A DNA stretch of 64,000 nucleotides, from positions 597,171-661,170 of the forward strand of contig OY970292.1 of assembly GCA_963716145.1 (NCBI GenBank), given 5' to 3'. The notes below the pieces were generated by a model, which did no database searches, was not told the origin of the DNA, and was given only the letters and a program-made list of their open reading frames with translations. Below, piece after piece: positions 33,123-44,900 of the stretch; the first letter of the stretch is position 1; each line of letters opens with the position of its first letter. This DNA is from Candidatus Levyibacteriota bacterium (GTDB lineage Bacteria > Patescibacteriota > Microgenomatia > Levybacterales > UBA12049). Both the position numbers and the translations under genes were made by a program.

Positions 33123-34060
33123 AATAGCTCACCCCCCTTAAGTAACCATACAATTAATGCTTTTTGAACGTGCATTCTATTCTCGGCCTGCTGAAAAACA
33201 ACTGATTGCTCTCCGTCAATTACCTCTTCAGCCACTTCGTTTCCCCGGTATGCAGGCAAATCGTGCATAAATATCGCGTCTTTCAACGCATGCTCCATCA
33301 TATCATTATTTACTTGATAAGACTTAAATATACTCAATCTTGTATCCTTATCTTCTTCAGACCCCATACTTACCCAGGTATCCGTGTAGACAACATCCGC
33401 GTCTTTAATAGCTTCTTTGGGGTCATCTGTTTCCAAAACGTTTCCGAATTTTTTGGCCGCCGAAACAATTCCGGGGTCCATAAAATATCCTTTTGGAGCG
33501 GCGCATTTGAAATTTGCGCCAAGCATTGTTGTTGCCAAACATAATGAATGCGCAACATTATTATTCCCGTCCCCAATGTAGGAGATATCTAAACCTTTAA
33601 TCTCGCCCTTTAATTCCCAGATTGTAAAAAGATCTACTAGGGCTTGGCAGGGATGCTCCAGATCTGAAAGCGCGTTGATTACAGGAACTGTCGAATACTT
33701 TGCCATCTCTTCCAAGCTTTTATGCGAGTTAACCCTCGCGACAATCAAGTCGCTCATGCTGGATGTAACTTTGGCAATATCCGAGACCGACTCCCTCTTC
33801 CCTAGTCCGATTTCGGCAGGACCAAAATACAATGCATGTCCGCCAAGCTGATCAAAACCCATATCAAAACTAAGTTTGGTCCGTAAAGACGGCTTTTCAA
33901 ATAGCATTGCCATCTGTTTGCCTTCCAGAACATGCTGGTTCTTCCCCGTCTTTTTAAACTCAGTTTTCAGTTTTTTGGCAAGTTTGAGAACTTCCCAAAT
34001 CTGCTGTGCGGATAAATCAGTCACCGATAAAAAGTCTATTTTTTGCTTAATATTGTTCAT
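33119..34060 (-). CDS. argF: Ornithine carbamoyltransferase
   Basis: FEKPSLRT, HPCQ, YTDTWVSMG, HDLP, QAENR. Confidence 0.95.
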   Translation of the reverse strand: MNNIKQKIDFLSVTDLSAQQIWEVLKLAKKLKTEFKKTGKNQHVLEGKQMAMLFEKPSLRTKLSFDMGFDQLGGHALYFGPAEIGLGKRESVSDIAKVTSSMSDLIVARVNSHKSLEEMAKYSTVPVINALSDLEHPCQALVDLFTIWELKGEIKGLDISYIGDGNNNVAHSLCLATTMLGANFKCAAPKGYFMDPGIVSAAKKFGNVLETDDPKEAIKDADVVYTDTWVSMGSEEDKDTRLSIFKSYQVNNDMMEHALKDAIFMHDLPAYRGNEVAEEVIDGEQSVVFQQAENRMHVQKALIVWLLKGGELL

Positions 34061-34253
34061 TTTATTAGTTTTTGTGTAATTTTGACAAAATATTACTATT
34101 TTTTGCCGCAAAATAGCTCATTTTTCTCTAATTACTGTCTATTCTATAAAAAATCGAAGCTTTTGTCAAGGATTCTAGTAAATTTTAATTTCATACATTA
34201 ATTTATATATTTATTGCAAATGTCGGTAAATGAGTTTATAATATAGGCCTTAT

Positions 34254-35276
34254 ATGCCAAGTATAATAGATAGATATAGAGACATTCATGCAGGTAGCAA
34301 ACCAAGAGTTCTTGAGTCTATCGGTACGAAAGGTGATCGTATTACGATAAAACCGCGTCTCGGTGGAGACTTTAAAGTTAAAAGAATAGGCACAGGAGGA
34401 TCTAGCGAACTCCCTTTTAAGGATTTTGAGGAAGGAATCGTCTTACTCCCTGCATTTCGCGAGGCATTGCCAGCACTCGCCGAACTTTATCCTGCGTCAC
34501 CTAAATGGTCTAGGGTAGTAGAAACAGATCTTATTCTCCCCGGTAAAAAAAGGACAGATGATTTCAGGAGAAAATGGCTCCAGCCAATTGGGGCAAACAC
34601 TGCACCCGTTTCCTATCTTAAAAGTGATGAATTTAAGAGAAAACAGATAGCTGAACAAACTGCCGCAGGAAATTTGCTAATAGCACAGGGAGATCAGTCT
34701 GCGGAGTATCCGGTTCACGACCGGATGTTTCACTTATTTGGCTTATTAGCGGAACCCCAGGTTACATTGCAAGCATTACAATATGTTGCCCAGAATATAC
34801 CTGACTTAGCAAAAAGACACCCGGAAGCTGCAGATGTAGTCAGAAAATCAATTGCCGAATCCTTTGAGCTATCAAGTAATAGCTCAGAAATTAATAATAG
34901 AGATTTATATATCCCATCTCTGGATATTTTAAACGCGCTAGTTATATGGACTGATGTTAATTCAATGGATCAAGCCGGGAAAACCGCTAATAACTTTGTG
35001 AAGAGCTTACTTGATGAACGCGGTTTTGAAGTTGTCAGAAGCACAAATCTATTATCTACCACAAGGGAAACTCTCCCCAGCGGCAGGTTTATGCATTTTG
35101 TTAGCCACATTTTACAAGGAGAGGTGTCAGGCTTGGTCGTACCCAGAGAGCAGGAACTATTAGTTGATTATATTCCAAAACTTGTACGACATCTTCAGCT
35201 TGTACCCGATCCTGCTTCAGAACCTGAAATATCGCGACATGAATACTCTCGCCTCTCTAGAAGAAGAGCCGCTTAA
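34254..35276 (+). CDS. Hypothetical protein
   Basis: 340-aa ORF with its own tataat box, antisense to the arg cluster. Confidence 0.7.
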   Translation: MPSIIDRYRDIHAGSKPRVLESIGTKGDRITIKPRLGGDFKVKRIGTGGSSELPFKDFEEGIVLLPAFREALPALAELYPASPKWSRVVETDLILPGKKRTDDFRRKWLQPIGANTAPVSYLKSDEFKRKQIAEQTAAGNLLIAQGDQSAEYPVHDRMFHLFGLLAEPQVTLQALQYVAQNIPDLAKRHPEAADVVRKSIAESFELSSNSSEINNRDLYIPSLDILNALVIWTDVNSMDQAGKTANNFVKSLLDERGFEVVRSTNLLSTTRETLPSGRFMHFVSHILQGEVSGLVVPREQELLVDYIPKLVRHLQLVPDPASEPEISRHEYSRLSRRRAA

Positions 35277-35280
35277 ATTG

Positions 35281-38200
35281 TTACTTTAGATACTCACTCC
35301 ACGCTTTTATTTTCAGATCGGTGAATTTATTATTCGTAAGCGCGTCTATAAAAAGACTTGTGGTTTTGATCTTGGTGAACAACGCTATATTGTTTTCAAT
35401 AGCTGCTCTCCCAATCTGATAGTCATCCTGAACTTCTTTTCTTATATTTTTATCCACTATATTTATAACTAAATCTATTTTTTTATTTCTGAAATAATCA
35501 AGAATATTCGGGGATTTATTTTCGTGAATCTTATAAAGTGTTTTTGCTTTTATGCCACTGAGCTTAAGGAAAGCGGCGGTTTTTTCGGTGGCGTACAATG
35601 GAAAACCCAATCCAGTAATTTTTTTAGCAACAGCTAGAAAATCCACTTTCTTCTGCTCCCCCCCAACGCTTATAAAAATTCCTTTCTCCGGCAGTTTATC
35701 CCCGGTCGCGATAATTCCTTTGAGATACGCTTCCTCCAAATTTTCCCCAAAACAGGCGACCTCACCGGTTGAGGCCATTTCGACTCCAAGACTTGGTGAG
35801 GCACCCACCAATCTTGCAAATGAAAATTGCGCTACTTTAAGAGCAGTAAAATTTTGCTGAGGCACGGAAACATCAGCAATATTTTTCTTGAACAACGAGT
35901 CGATAAATAAAGAGATCAAGTTAATTCCCGTCACTTTCGCGATAAACGGAAATGTTCTTGAAGCTCTTAAATTGACTTCTATGATGTAAACTTCTTGATC
36001 CAGAACAAGAAACTGAATATTGTAAGGACCAGTAATCTGTAACTCTTCAGCAATTTTTTTGCCGGTTTCTTTTATTTTGTTTTGAATTTCCGGAGATATT
36101 GTTTGGGCGGGAAGAGCAATTGTCGCGTCCCCCGAGTGAACACCTGCGTACTCGATGTGTTCTGAGACAACTGCCGCTTTTGTGACTCCATTTTGGGCTA
36201 CTGAATCAAGCTCTACCTCTTTGGACTTTTGAAAAAACTTGGAAACTGTCACAGGATATTCTTTTGAGACCAAAGCTGCCTCTTCAAGATATTTTTCAAG
36301 ATCTGACGCGTCATTGCAGATGTTCATCGCAGCTCCTGATAAAACATACGATGGCCGGATAAGAACCGGATAGCCAACTTTATCGGCAAATTTTTCAGCT
36401 TGTTCAAGCGTTGAAAAAGCATTCCAGGCAGGCTGCTTGATCTCCAATTTATCAAGGAGTGCGGAAAACTTGCTTCGGTCTTCAGCCCTATCAATGTTTT
36501 CAGGACTTGTTCCAAGAATATTGACACCGTATTTATAGAGCGCTTTGGCTCGGTTATTTGGAGTTTGCCCGCCTACTGAAACTATCAAACCCTGCGGATT
36601 TTCAAATTCATAGATATCGGCAATCCGTTCAAAAGTCAGCTCTTCAAAATACAATTTGTCTGAAATATCATAATCGGTTGAAACTGTTTCCGGATTGCAA
36701 TTTATGATTATTGATTGCCTGTCATACTTTTTAAGATTTATTACAGTGTTGACCGAACACCAATCAAACTCAACTGACGAGCCGATGTGGTAAGGACCGG
36801 AGCCAAGAACTATAACTGCATCTTTACCTGCTGCTTTGACATCATCGTGACTTGCGTTATAAGTCATATATAGATAATTTGTTTTCGCGGGAAACTCTGC
36901 GGCAAGAGTATCAATCTGTAGCACACTAGGTAATATTTTTAATTTTTTGCGGATTTCGCGGATTTCAAGTCCTGTTTTTCCAATCAGCTCCCCTATTCTT
37001 TTATCTGAAAAGCCGAGTTGCTTTAGTTCCAATAAATAAGATTGGTTATTTGAAATTTGAAATTTGAAATTTGAAATTTTTTTTAGCTCTTCCTCGTGGT
37101 CTGTTATATTTTTAATTCTTGAGAGAAACCAAGGATCAATTCCCGACAATTTATAAATTTGATCAATCTCCATTTTGTTTTTGAGAGCGCGACTGACAGC
37201 AAACATCCGCTTGGGGGTTGGGTTTTTAAGAGTATCAATAACTAAATCTTTTGCTTTAAACTCGTTATCATTGACCGCCCCCTCATACTCCATATCCAGC
37301 ATCCTGATTGCCTTTTGATACCCCTCTTCAAATGTTCTGCCGATTCCCATAACCTCACCAACGGACTTCATACTGCTTCCCAATTTATCACTCGCTCCTT
37401 TGAATTTATCCATATCAAATCTGGGGATTTTTACCACTATATAATCAAGCGCAGGCTCAAAACAGGCCTGAGTTACTCCGGTTACTTTATTTTCGAGACT
37501 AGTCAGACCGTATCCAAGACCTAATTTAGCGGCGATATAAGCTAGAGGGTAGCCGGTTGCTTTACTCGCAAGAGCGGAACTTCTTGAAAGCCTCGCGTTT
37601 ACTTCAATTACATAATAGTCGGGTACGGTACCGCTCGAGCGTGGATTTAAGGCAAACTGCACATTGCACTCTCCTATTATTCCAAGACTCCTGACAATCT
37701 CAATTGATGCTCTTCTTAATTCATGATATTCTTCGTTATTAAGAGTTTGGCTTGGGGCCACAACTATTGAATCACCCGTGTGGATTCCCAGAGGATCCAT
37801 ATTTTCCATGTTGCAGACAGTCACACAATTATCAAATTTGTCCCTTACGACTTCATACTCAATTTCTTTATAATGATGAAGGTACTGCTCAATCAGCACT
37901 TGGGGCGCAAAAGCCAGTGCGTGTTCAACAATTTTTTTAAGCTCTGTCATGTTTTGAGCGACTCCTGATCCCTGACCGCCGAGTGCAAAACCAGCTCTTA
38001 TCATTGCCGGAAATCCGATCTCTTTTGCTATTTTTACAGCTTCCTCAATAGTTGTTGCTGCGCGCGATTTGGGAGTTGGGATATTTAATTTATTCAAATG
38101 CTGCGAAAATTTCTTGCGATCCTCAGTTAAAATAATTGCCGAGATTGGAGTACCCAAAATTTCGACATTGTGCTTTTTCAACACTCCGTTTTTGTGAAGC

Positions 38201-38505
38201 GCAATCCCGCAATTGAGGGCTGTCTGGCCTCCAAATGAAAGCAGAATACCATCAGGTTTTTCCTTTTCAATTACTTTCTCAACAAATTCGGGTGTTACGG
38301 GCAGGAAATAAACTTCATCAGCCAATTCTCTTGAGGTCTGAATTGTCGCGATATTTGGATTGACTAGAACTGTTTTTATTCCCTCCTCTTTAAGAGCTTT
38401 TATGGCTTGGGAGCCTGAATAGTCAAACTCCCCCGCCTCACCGATTTTCAGAGCACCCGACCCGAGGATCAGGACCTTTTTGATTTTTTTATTTAAAATA
38501 TCCAT
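35281..38505 (-). CDS. carB: Carbamoyl-phosphate synthase large subunit
   Basis: GEAGEFDYSGSQA, NMENMDPLGIHTGDS, duplicated ATP-grasp domains, MGS-like C-terminus. Confidence 0.98.
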   Translation of the reverse strand: MDILNKKIKKVLILGSGALKIGEAGEFDYSGSQAIKALKEEGIKTVLVNPNIATIQTSRELADEVYFLPVTPEFVEKVIEKEKPDGILLSFGGQTALNCGIALHKNGVLKKHNVEILGTPISAIILTEDRKKFSQHLNKLNIPTPKSRAATTIEEAVKIAKEIGFPAMIRAGFALGGQGSGVAQNMTELKKIVEHALAFAPQVLIEQYLHHYKEIEYEVVRDKFDNCVTVCNMENMDPLGIHTGDSIVVAPSQTLNNEEYHELRRASIEIVRSLGIIGECNVQFALNPRSSGTVPDYYVIEVNARLSRSSALASKATGYPLAYIAAKLGLGYGLTSLENKVTGVTQACFEPALDYIVVKIPRFDMDKFKGASDKLGSSMKSVGEVMGIGRTFEEGYQKAIRMLDMEYEGAVNDNEFKAKDLVIDTLKNPTPKRMFAVSRALKNKMEIDQIYKLSGIDPWFLSRIKNITDHEEELKKISNFKFQISNNQSYLLELKQLGFSDKRIGELIGKTGLEIREIRKKLKILPSVLQIDTLAAEFPAKTNYLYMTYNASHDDVKAAGKDAVIVLGSGPYHIGSSVEFDWCSVNTVINLKKYDRQSIIINCNPETVSTDYDISDKLYFEELTFERIADIYEFENPQGLIVSVGGQTPNNRAKALYKYGVNILGTSPENIDRAEDRSKFSALLDKLEIKQPAWNAFSTLEQAEKFADKVGYPVLIRPSYVLSGAAMNICNDASDLEKYLEEAALVSKEYPVTVSKFFQKSKEVELDSVAQNGVTKAAVVSEHIEYAGVHSGDATIALPAQTISPEIQNKIKETGKKIAEELQITGPYNIQFLVLDQEVYIIEVNLRASRTFPFIAKVTGINLISLFIDSLFKKNIADVSVPQQNFTALKVAQFSFARLVGASPSLGVEMASTGEVACFGENLEEAYLKGIIATGDKLPEKGIFISVGGEQKKVDFLAVAKKITGLGFPLYATEKTAAFLKLSGIKAKTLYKIHENKSPNILDYFRNKKIDLVINIVDKNIRKEVQDDYQIGRAAIENNIALFTKIKTTSLFIDALTNNKFTDLKIKAWSEYLK

Positions 38506-38510
38506 AATTC

Positions 38511-39593
38511 TTAATTCTTAATTCTCTCCATAAAAAAGTCGAATATCCACTCTGTGTCTTTTGGTCCCGGTGTTGCTTCAGGATGAAATTGAACTGACAT
38601 GAAAGGAAGCTTACTATGAATTATGCCTTCGATGCTTTTGTCATTGGCGTTGGTGAACCAGGGATTAAATCCTGTCGGAACATCCGAAATCGCGAAGCCA
38701 TGATTTTGGGTCGTGATATAGCATCTGTTACTTTTTTTCAACAAACATGGTTGATTTTGGCTTCTGTGACCGTACTTCAATTTATAAGTATCCCCTCCAG
38801 CGGCAAGTGCGAGTAGCTGATTACCAAGACAAATTCCAAGAGTGGGAATTTTATTTTCAAGCGATTTTTTAATAGTCGCTATAGCTTTGTCAGCTTTTTT
38901 TGGGTCTCCTGGGCCATTGGAAATAAATAAAGCGTCAAATTTGAAATCAACATTTTTTGCAAAAGGATCAAAATCCCATGGAACTGTAATTACTTCAATT
39001 TCTCTTCTGAGAAAGCAGCGCGTGATATTCCTCTTCGCCCCACAGTCGATAATTACAACTGTTTTACCCTGCTTGCCCCGCGAAGCTTTAGCGAAGTGAG
39101 GAGCCAAGTCGAAGGGCTTCTCCTTTATTATTCTTTTTGTAGAAACCTGTCCGACTATATTTACCTCATTCGGGTCAAAAAATGCTGTGTCAGACTTGTT
39201 AATTATTTTTCCAAGCATTGTTCCGTTTTCCCGCAAATGCTGGGTTATAAATCTCGTATCTTTTATCTCAAGCGCGGGAACTTTTTCCTTTTTCAGCCAC
39301 TGAGAAAGTGTCATTTTGCTTTGGAAATGAGACGGGGTGTCAATGTAGTCGGAAACAATCAGGCCCGAGATTTGTAGTTTTCCTGACTCCCAAAACATCT
39401 TGTCTGGCACTCCATAATTGCCAATCAATGGGTAAGTCAGGACCAGTATTTGCCCGGCAAATGAGGGATCAGTCAACGCCTCAGGATATCCGGTCATTCC
39501 TGTAGCGAAAACAACTTCACCGGCGACAGAACCATCATATCCAAACGATTTTCCCTCAAACTCTTTGCCGTTTTTAAGTACTAACTTCGCCAT
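38511..39593 (-). CDS. carA: Carbamoyl-phosphate synthase small subunit
   Basis: GEVVFATGMTGY, SNGPGDP, GICLG, QFHPE. Confidence 0.97.
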   Translation of the reverse strand: MAKLVLKNGKEFEGKSFGYDGSVAGEVVFATGMTGYPEALTDPSFAGQILVLTYPLIGNYGVPDKMFWESGKLQISGLIVSDYIDTPSHFQSKMTLSQWLKKEKVPALEIKDTRFITQHLRENGTMLGKIINKSDTAFFDPNEVNIVGQVSTKRIIKEKPFDLAPHFAKASRGKQGKTVVIIDCGAKRNITRCFLRREIEVITVPWDFDPFAKNVDFKFDALFISNGPGDPKKADKAIATIKKSLENKIPTLGICLGNQLLALAAGGDTYKLKYGHRSQNQPCLLKKSNRCYITTQNHGFAISDVPTGFNPWFTNANDKSIEGIIHSKLPFMSVQFHPEATPGPKDTEWIFDFFMERIKN

Positions 39594-39757
39594 TCTTTGG
39601 TTATTTTTGTTGATTTAATAAAAATTTTATGAAAACTTGAACAAAATTGATTAATTTTATCTCATTTTCAGCAAATTCTCCCCAAAATCTTCAAAAATGA
39701 TATATTATTGGGACAAAAAAGTCAAGATTTACAACGGGAACTAGGAGGCAAGAATTT

Positions 39758-40279
39758 TTAATTGCAATTGTAGTAGCAAAATTCAATTTTCCCTATTATA
39801 CTTTCTTTTTTAATAAATCCAAATTCTCTTGAATCAGCACTGAATGGCCTATTGTCTCCCAAAATAAAGTACTGATTTTCAGGAACAGTAACACTTTGCT
39901 CTTCTTTGAGAAAGGTTCCACCATATGTTTTTTCGCCACTTTTGAGATATGAGTTTTCATCAAGCTTATTATTGTTCAGATAAACATCGCCGCTCTTTAT
40001 ACTAAGAGTGTCACCGGGAAGCCCGATGACTCTCTTTATAATATCTTTGTTAGGATCCAATGGGGCATGGAGAACTATAGCATCTCCTCTTTGCGGTGCA
40101 TTGTAGGCTATTTTTCGGGCTAGAATGTATTGGCCCTTCGTATATTTTGGAGCCATTGAATCTCCAGCGACTTGAAAAGGACGAAAGAAGAAAAAATATG
40201 TAATTAAGAAAAATGCCGAAAGCGCGCTAATTAAAATCACAAAAAGAGTGAAGCCAAATAAAATAGACCGTATCTTCAT
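39758..40279 (-). CDS. lepB: Signal peptidase I
   Basis: GDSMAP, IKRVIGLPGD, GDNRPFSADSR. Confidence 0.93.
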   Translation of the reverse strand: MKIRSILFGFTLFVILISALSAFFLITYFFFFRPFQVAGDSMAPKYTKGQYILARKIAYNAPQRGDAIVLHAPLDPNKDIIKRVIGLPGDTLSIKSGDVYLNNNKLDENSYLKSGEKTYGGTFLKEEQSVTVPENQYFILGDNRPFSADSREFGFIKKESIIGKIEFCYYNCN

Positions 40280-41627
40280 TATTCTTTTTTTAGTAAATCA
40301 ATTGCGCTTTCGTATTTGGTTTTCTTCTCACCCCACCATTTTTTCTCTTCATTAATCGCAGTTACTATTTTTTCCAGACCCAGATTTCCGGGCCGCCTTG
40401 GTGATTTGAGGACTTCAAAACTTCCACCACATCAAACTGTGGTATTTTGTCCAGCGACATCCCAATCTCTTTATATGCATCGCGGAATGGCATTCCTTTT
40501 TTCACCAAAAGATACGCAGCGTGCGCCGCGAACATATCCGGCGTGCAGGATTTTAACAATACGTCTTCGTTGGGGGTAAGATTTTCAAGAACCAATTTCA
40601 CGATCCCGATTGAGTCGCGTGTGATATCAACGCAATCAATAAAAAGCTCTTTTGTCTCGCCAAAATCTACGTTATAGCCCGATGGCAAACCGGCAACAAT
40701 TGAAGCAGCCGTCTGCTCATGTCCCACAACCATGTGGGATCTGGCCCGCAAAACTTCCATAATATCCAAATTTTTCTTCTGAGGCATGATGCTTGAGCCT
40801 GAAAGAAGTGAATCATCAACCGTAAAGAAATTGTATTCACTGGTCGTAAAAAGCAGCAAATCCTGAGCAAATCTGGATAATGTCAGCATTGTCTGGGTAA
40901 GAACGTGCATAACCGCGAGCTGAAATTTGACTCTGCCCGCTTGAGTATAAAGAGTATTGTTCTGGACTTTGGCAAAGCCAAGCATATCCGACACAAGAGT
41001 TCTGTTGATAGGAAGTGAAACTCCGTACGCAGCCCCAGCGCCAAGCGGTGACTGATCGGTGATGATAAAAGCACTCTTCAGAAGTATCAGATCATCAATT
41101 ATTGATTCGGCAAAGCTCCCCATCCACATTCCCACACTTGAGGGCATTGCCTTTTGCATGTGAGTGTAGCCGGGCATTGGGACAAATTCATAGCGCACAG
41201 CCATTTTCTGAAATGCCAGAACCAGATCCGAGGCCGCTTCAAAAATCCCGAAAAGTTCTTCTTTGGCAAAAAGCCGCAAATCTAAAATAACTTGGTCATT
41301 TCTTGACCTTGCAGTGTGGATCTTTTTGGCAGGCTCGCCCACTTTTTCAGTCAGAAAATTTTCGATTTTGGTGTGAACATCCTCGTCATGTGAGTCTATT
41401 GTGAACTCACCTTTCTCATCTAACCGTATGATTTCAAGCAGCTCTTTTTTTAATGACTCAAACTCTTCAGGAGTCAAAATACCGATAGTTGAGAGCATTT
41501 TGGCATGAGCAATCGAGCCCAAGGCATCGGCTTTTACAAGCCGAGTGTCCAGCACGGCGCTGCGCGCAAAGCAATACATCTCAGCCAATTCATTTTGAGT
41601 ATAATTTTTATGCCAAAGTTTTTTCAT
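40279..41627 (-). CDS. argH: Argininosuccinate lyase (apparent 1-nt frameshift near 40390)
   Basis: HTARSRNDQ, PGYTHMQ, GSSIMPQKKN; restoring one G gives GGPGNLGLE..LLKKE* ending in a TAATG overlap with lepB. Confidence 0.95.
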
Positions 41628-41647
41628 ATTTACTTATCTTATCACAA

Positions 41648-41699
41648 TAAAAAAACCGTCTCTGTAAATATCTGATATTTAGATACTTACAAGGACGGT
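41648..41699 (-). terminator. Intrinsic terminator of the T-box leader
   Basis: accgtccttgtaag...tttacagagacggt followed by ttttttt on the minus strand. Confidence 0.8.
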
Positions 41700-41895
41700 C
41701 ATTCTTTTACCGTGGTACCACCTTGTTTCTCCGCCAGCTGGCGGACTCATTTATCTTTTACAGTTTTGTCTCTGTAGAGCATTTTTTGCTCTCTGCGTTC
41801 TCCTTCTGAAACCTTGGTGAAAGAGGATCCCGGATCGCGACTTCGGTTTTCATCCCTCATAGCTTTAGCGACGTGGGACAAACGCATTTAATCTT
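41648..41895 (-). promoter_or_regulatory. T-box riboswitch leader upstream of argH
   Basis: Minus strand AAGGTGGTACCACGG (41710-41724), downstream complement CCGTCCTT, then terminator hairpin accgtc..gacggt plus a U tract. Confidence 0.85.
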
Positions 41896-41906
41896 TAATT
41901 GTTAAA

Positions 41907-41935
41907 ATTATACCAGTCTGACCACAAAATGTCAA
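41907..41935 (-). promoter_or_regulatory. Consensus sigma-70 promoter for the T-box/argH transcript
   Basis: TTGACA-17 bp-TATAAT with an extended TG. Confidence 0.85.
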
Positions 41936-41944
41936 TAAAATTTC

Positions 41945-44900
41945 TTACTCTCCCTTTTTCCGGAGCATGAGGTAGTACATTATCGGAACGAAGAAAAGTT
42001 TTATCGCCCCTGAGAAAATAAGACCAGCAATGATCGCACCTCCCAATCCCCTCCAAAGCGGATCGGTCAATGTAATAGGAATCAAACCAACTATAGTCGC
42101 GAGCGAAGTCAATAATACAGGCTCCAGACGATTGGCAGCCGCGTCAACAATCGCCGCTTTAAGAGGAATTCCGTGACTCCTATTCTCATTAATCTTCTCA
42201 ATCACAACAATCGCGTGAGTCACAACTATTCCAAATAAAGCCAAGAGTCCGATAAGCGCAGGGAACGATAACGGTGTTCCTGTCAATCCGAAAACGTAAA
42301 ACACTCCCGCAATTGAGAGAGGGATAATCATCATCGCGATAAGCGCCTGGCGGAAAGATCCAAACTCCAGAACCATTGTAATAAGAATCAACAGAAAAGA
42401 AATTATCATCGCCTGAAGAATTGACTGCACGGATTTGTTGTTTTCTTCATTAACTCCCCCTGTCTGCCATGAATAACCGCTTGGAAGACTCAAAGTATCC
42501 GCGAACTTCTCAAGCTTGCTATTGGTATCTGAGATTGAATATCCTTTAGCAACTGCCGCTGAAACCGAGATAGTTCTCTTACCTTTTTCCCGGGTAATTA
42601 CAGTCGGATTAGTCTCCAACTTCAAACTGCCGAGTGACAACAGCGGAACTGATGTTTTATTCTTTCCGGGGATTGAGATTGTTCCCAAGTTGCCCGGCGC
42701 CTGCTGAGAATAAGAATTTTGGCGAAGAATTATATCCTGATCATCAGTCTCATTGCCGAGCTTAATAGTATCCAGTGTAAAACCTTGTGTGTATGAACGT
42801 AGCTGCAGGCCGATTGTATCAACCGAGATTTCCTCCTCGCTCAACTTCACCTTATCAGGCTGAAAAACTAGCTTACTAATTCCGGGCTTTATTGATTTCT
42901 GGACGTTGCTGACGCCGGTTTGTTTGCTCAAAAATGCGACAATAGAATCCGCCTCTTTATCCAAAATAGATAGATCTTCTCCGAGCAATTTTATCTGAAC
43001 ATCAGCACCGGCGGGCGGACCGCCTGAAAGCTCCTGGACAAAGAAAGTACCTTTTGTATAATCCTTGTAGGTTTTACGCAATCTCTCGGCTATCTCACTT
43101 GATGAAGTTGAACGCGTCTTATGAGGCGGCAGATGAAGTGTCAGCAATATAGAGCTTTGGTCATTGCTCCGGTCCCCGCTATCTGCCTGAAAAGTTGCCC
43201 CGATTTCGGCAACAACATAATCAACTATCTCAGTCTTGCGGACTTTGTCCATCAGATTTAGGGCTTCCGCGTTTGTCGTCTCAAGATTGGTTCCGGCCGG
43301 CAATTTGACATTGACATAAACTACATCGGCGTCCCCCTTAGGAAAAAATTCATTGCCTATAAAACCAAACCCAAGCAGCATATACGCAACAACCGCGAAA
43401 ACAATAATTGCCAAAAGAGTTTTACGCCTTGCGGATTTAGAATGAATTATATTATCAATTGCACCTCTGTATACATTGCTTAATCTTTCAATATCAATAA
43501 GCCCATGTTCACTAACACGTCCAGCGTGTTTGTGCATATATTTGAAAAATCTTGATTTGGCAGTGCGTCTATCGTATTCTTTTCTAAGTGATGCACGCAC
43601 TCTATAACCTACCAAAAGCAAGACAACAAACAAAACAATCAGAAGCGGTGTAATTTGGCTCTTGGGAACAATTGCGATAAAGAGCCCAAAGATAGCGACT
43701 ATTCCAAGTACCCGGAACATGATTACAACTCTTCTTGGAAAGTTTGGCTTCAGAAACACGATCATCAATGGAATTGTGATAAATACCGCTATTGAAGTAG
43801 ACGAAAGAAGTGTCGCTGTCACAACGATCGGAATTGATTTTATGAATTCCCCTATGATTCCTGTTGACAAAAGAAGCGGCAGAAAAGCCCAGATAGTCGC
43901 GATTGTTGTTGACCAGAGCGGAACTATAAAATCCCTCCAAACCATAAGTCCTGTTTCCATAGGCGTAAAGTGTCCGGTTTTGTAATAACGGGTCATTGCG
44001 GCAACTGTCACGATCGTGTCATCAATCAAAAGTCCAAGCGAAATCAGGAAGGCAAAAGTCGTTAGAAAGTTAAGCGTCAGCCCCATCGCGTTGATAATCG
44101 CAAGCGCAGAAAGCATTGTTAGAGGCACAGTAACAGCAGCAATTACTGCTTGTCTCAGACCCAAAAAGATAAAAAGCAGGACAAAAACAAGAACAACTGT
44201 TGAGACAAACTCCCAAAATAGATCACTGAATTGAGTACTTATTTCATCCGCCGTATTTGTAACAGTCTGAACCTTAAATTGTCCGCTGTACTTTCTAAGA
44301 GTTGAGTCAACCACTGTTCTGGCGTCTTTTTCCGCCGCGTCTATATTTGCATTACTGGTTTTATAGACAAAAAACTGAACTCCCTGTCTTGAGGGTGTTG
44401 TCGTAGATGCAATATATGTATGGGCTTGATTTGCATTGGGGCGAAGCGCTACAGTTGCTATATCGCCCAAGCGCACACTCTGCTCCTCAACAGCAATTCT
44501 TAAGTTTCTTATGTCCTCGATGGATGTAATATCTTTATTAATAGTCAGAACAAATGAAGACCTGCTGGTATTCACACTGCCTGCAGGATATGAACCGGCC
44601 GCTTTTTGCACACTTGAGGCAAGAGAAAAGGGATCAAGCTTATACTCCTGCATCTTTTCCGGATTTATAATTACTTCAATATCCTCTGCATCCTGGCCTG
44701 ATGTTGTCACACGGTCAACCTTTGTAACTCCTTCAATATCTTTTTTTAGCACCTTTGCAAAACGCATTAGGGAAGCATTGTCCGATTTTGAAGTTATGAT
44801 AAAGGTCCAGACCGGCTGATCTTCAAAATCAAGCTTTAACACATTTGGATCTTGGGCATTGTCAGGAAGCTTATTTACCGAATCAACCAGCGATTGAGTG

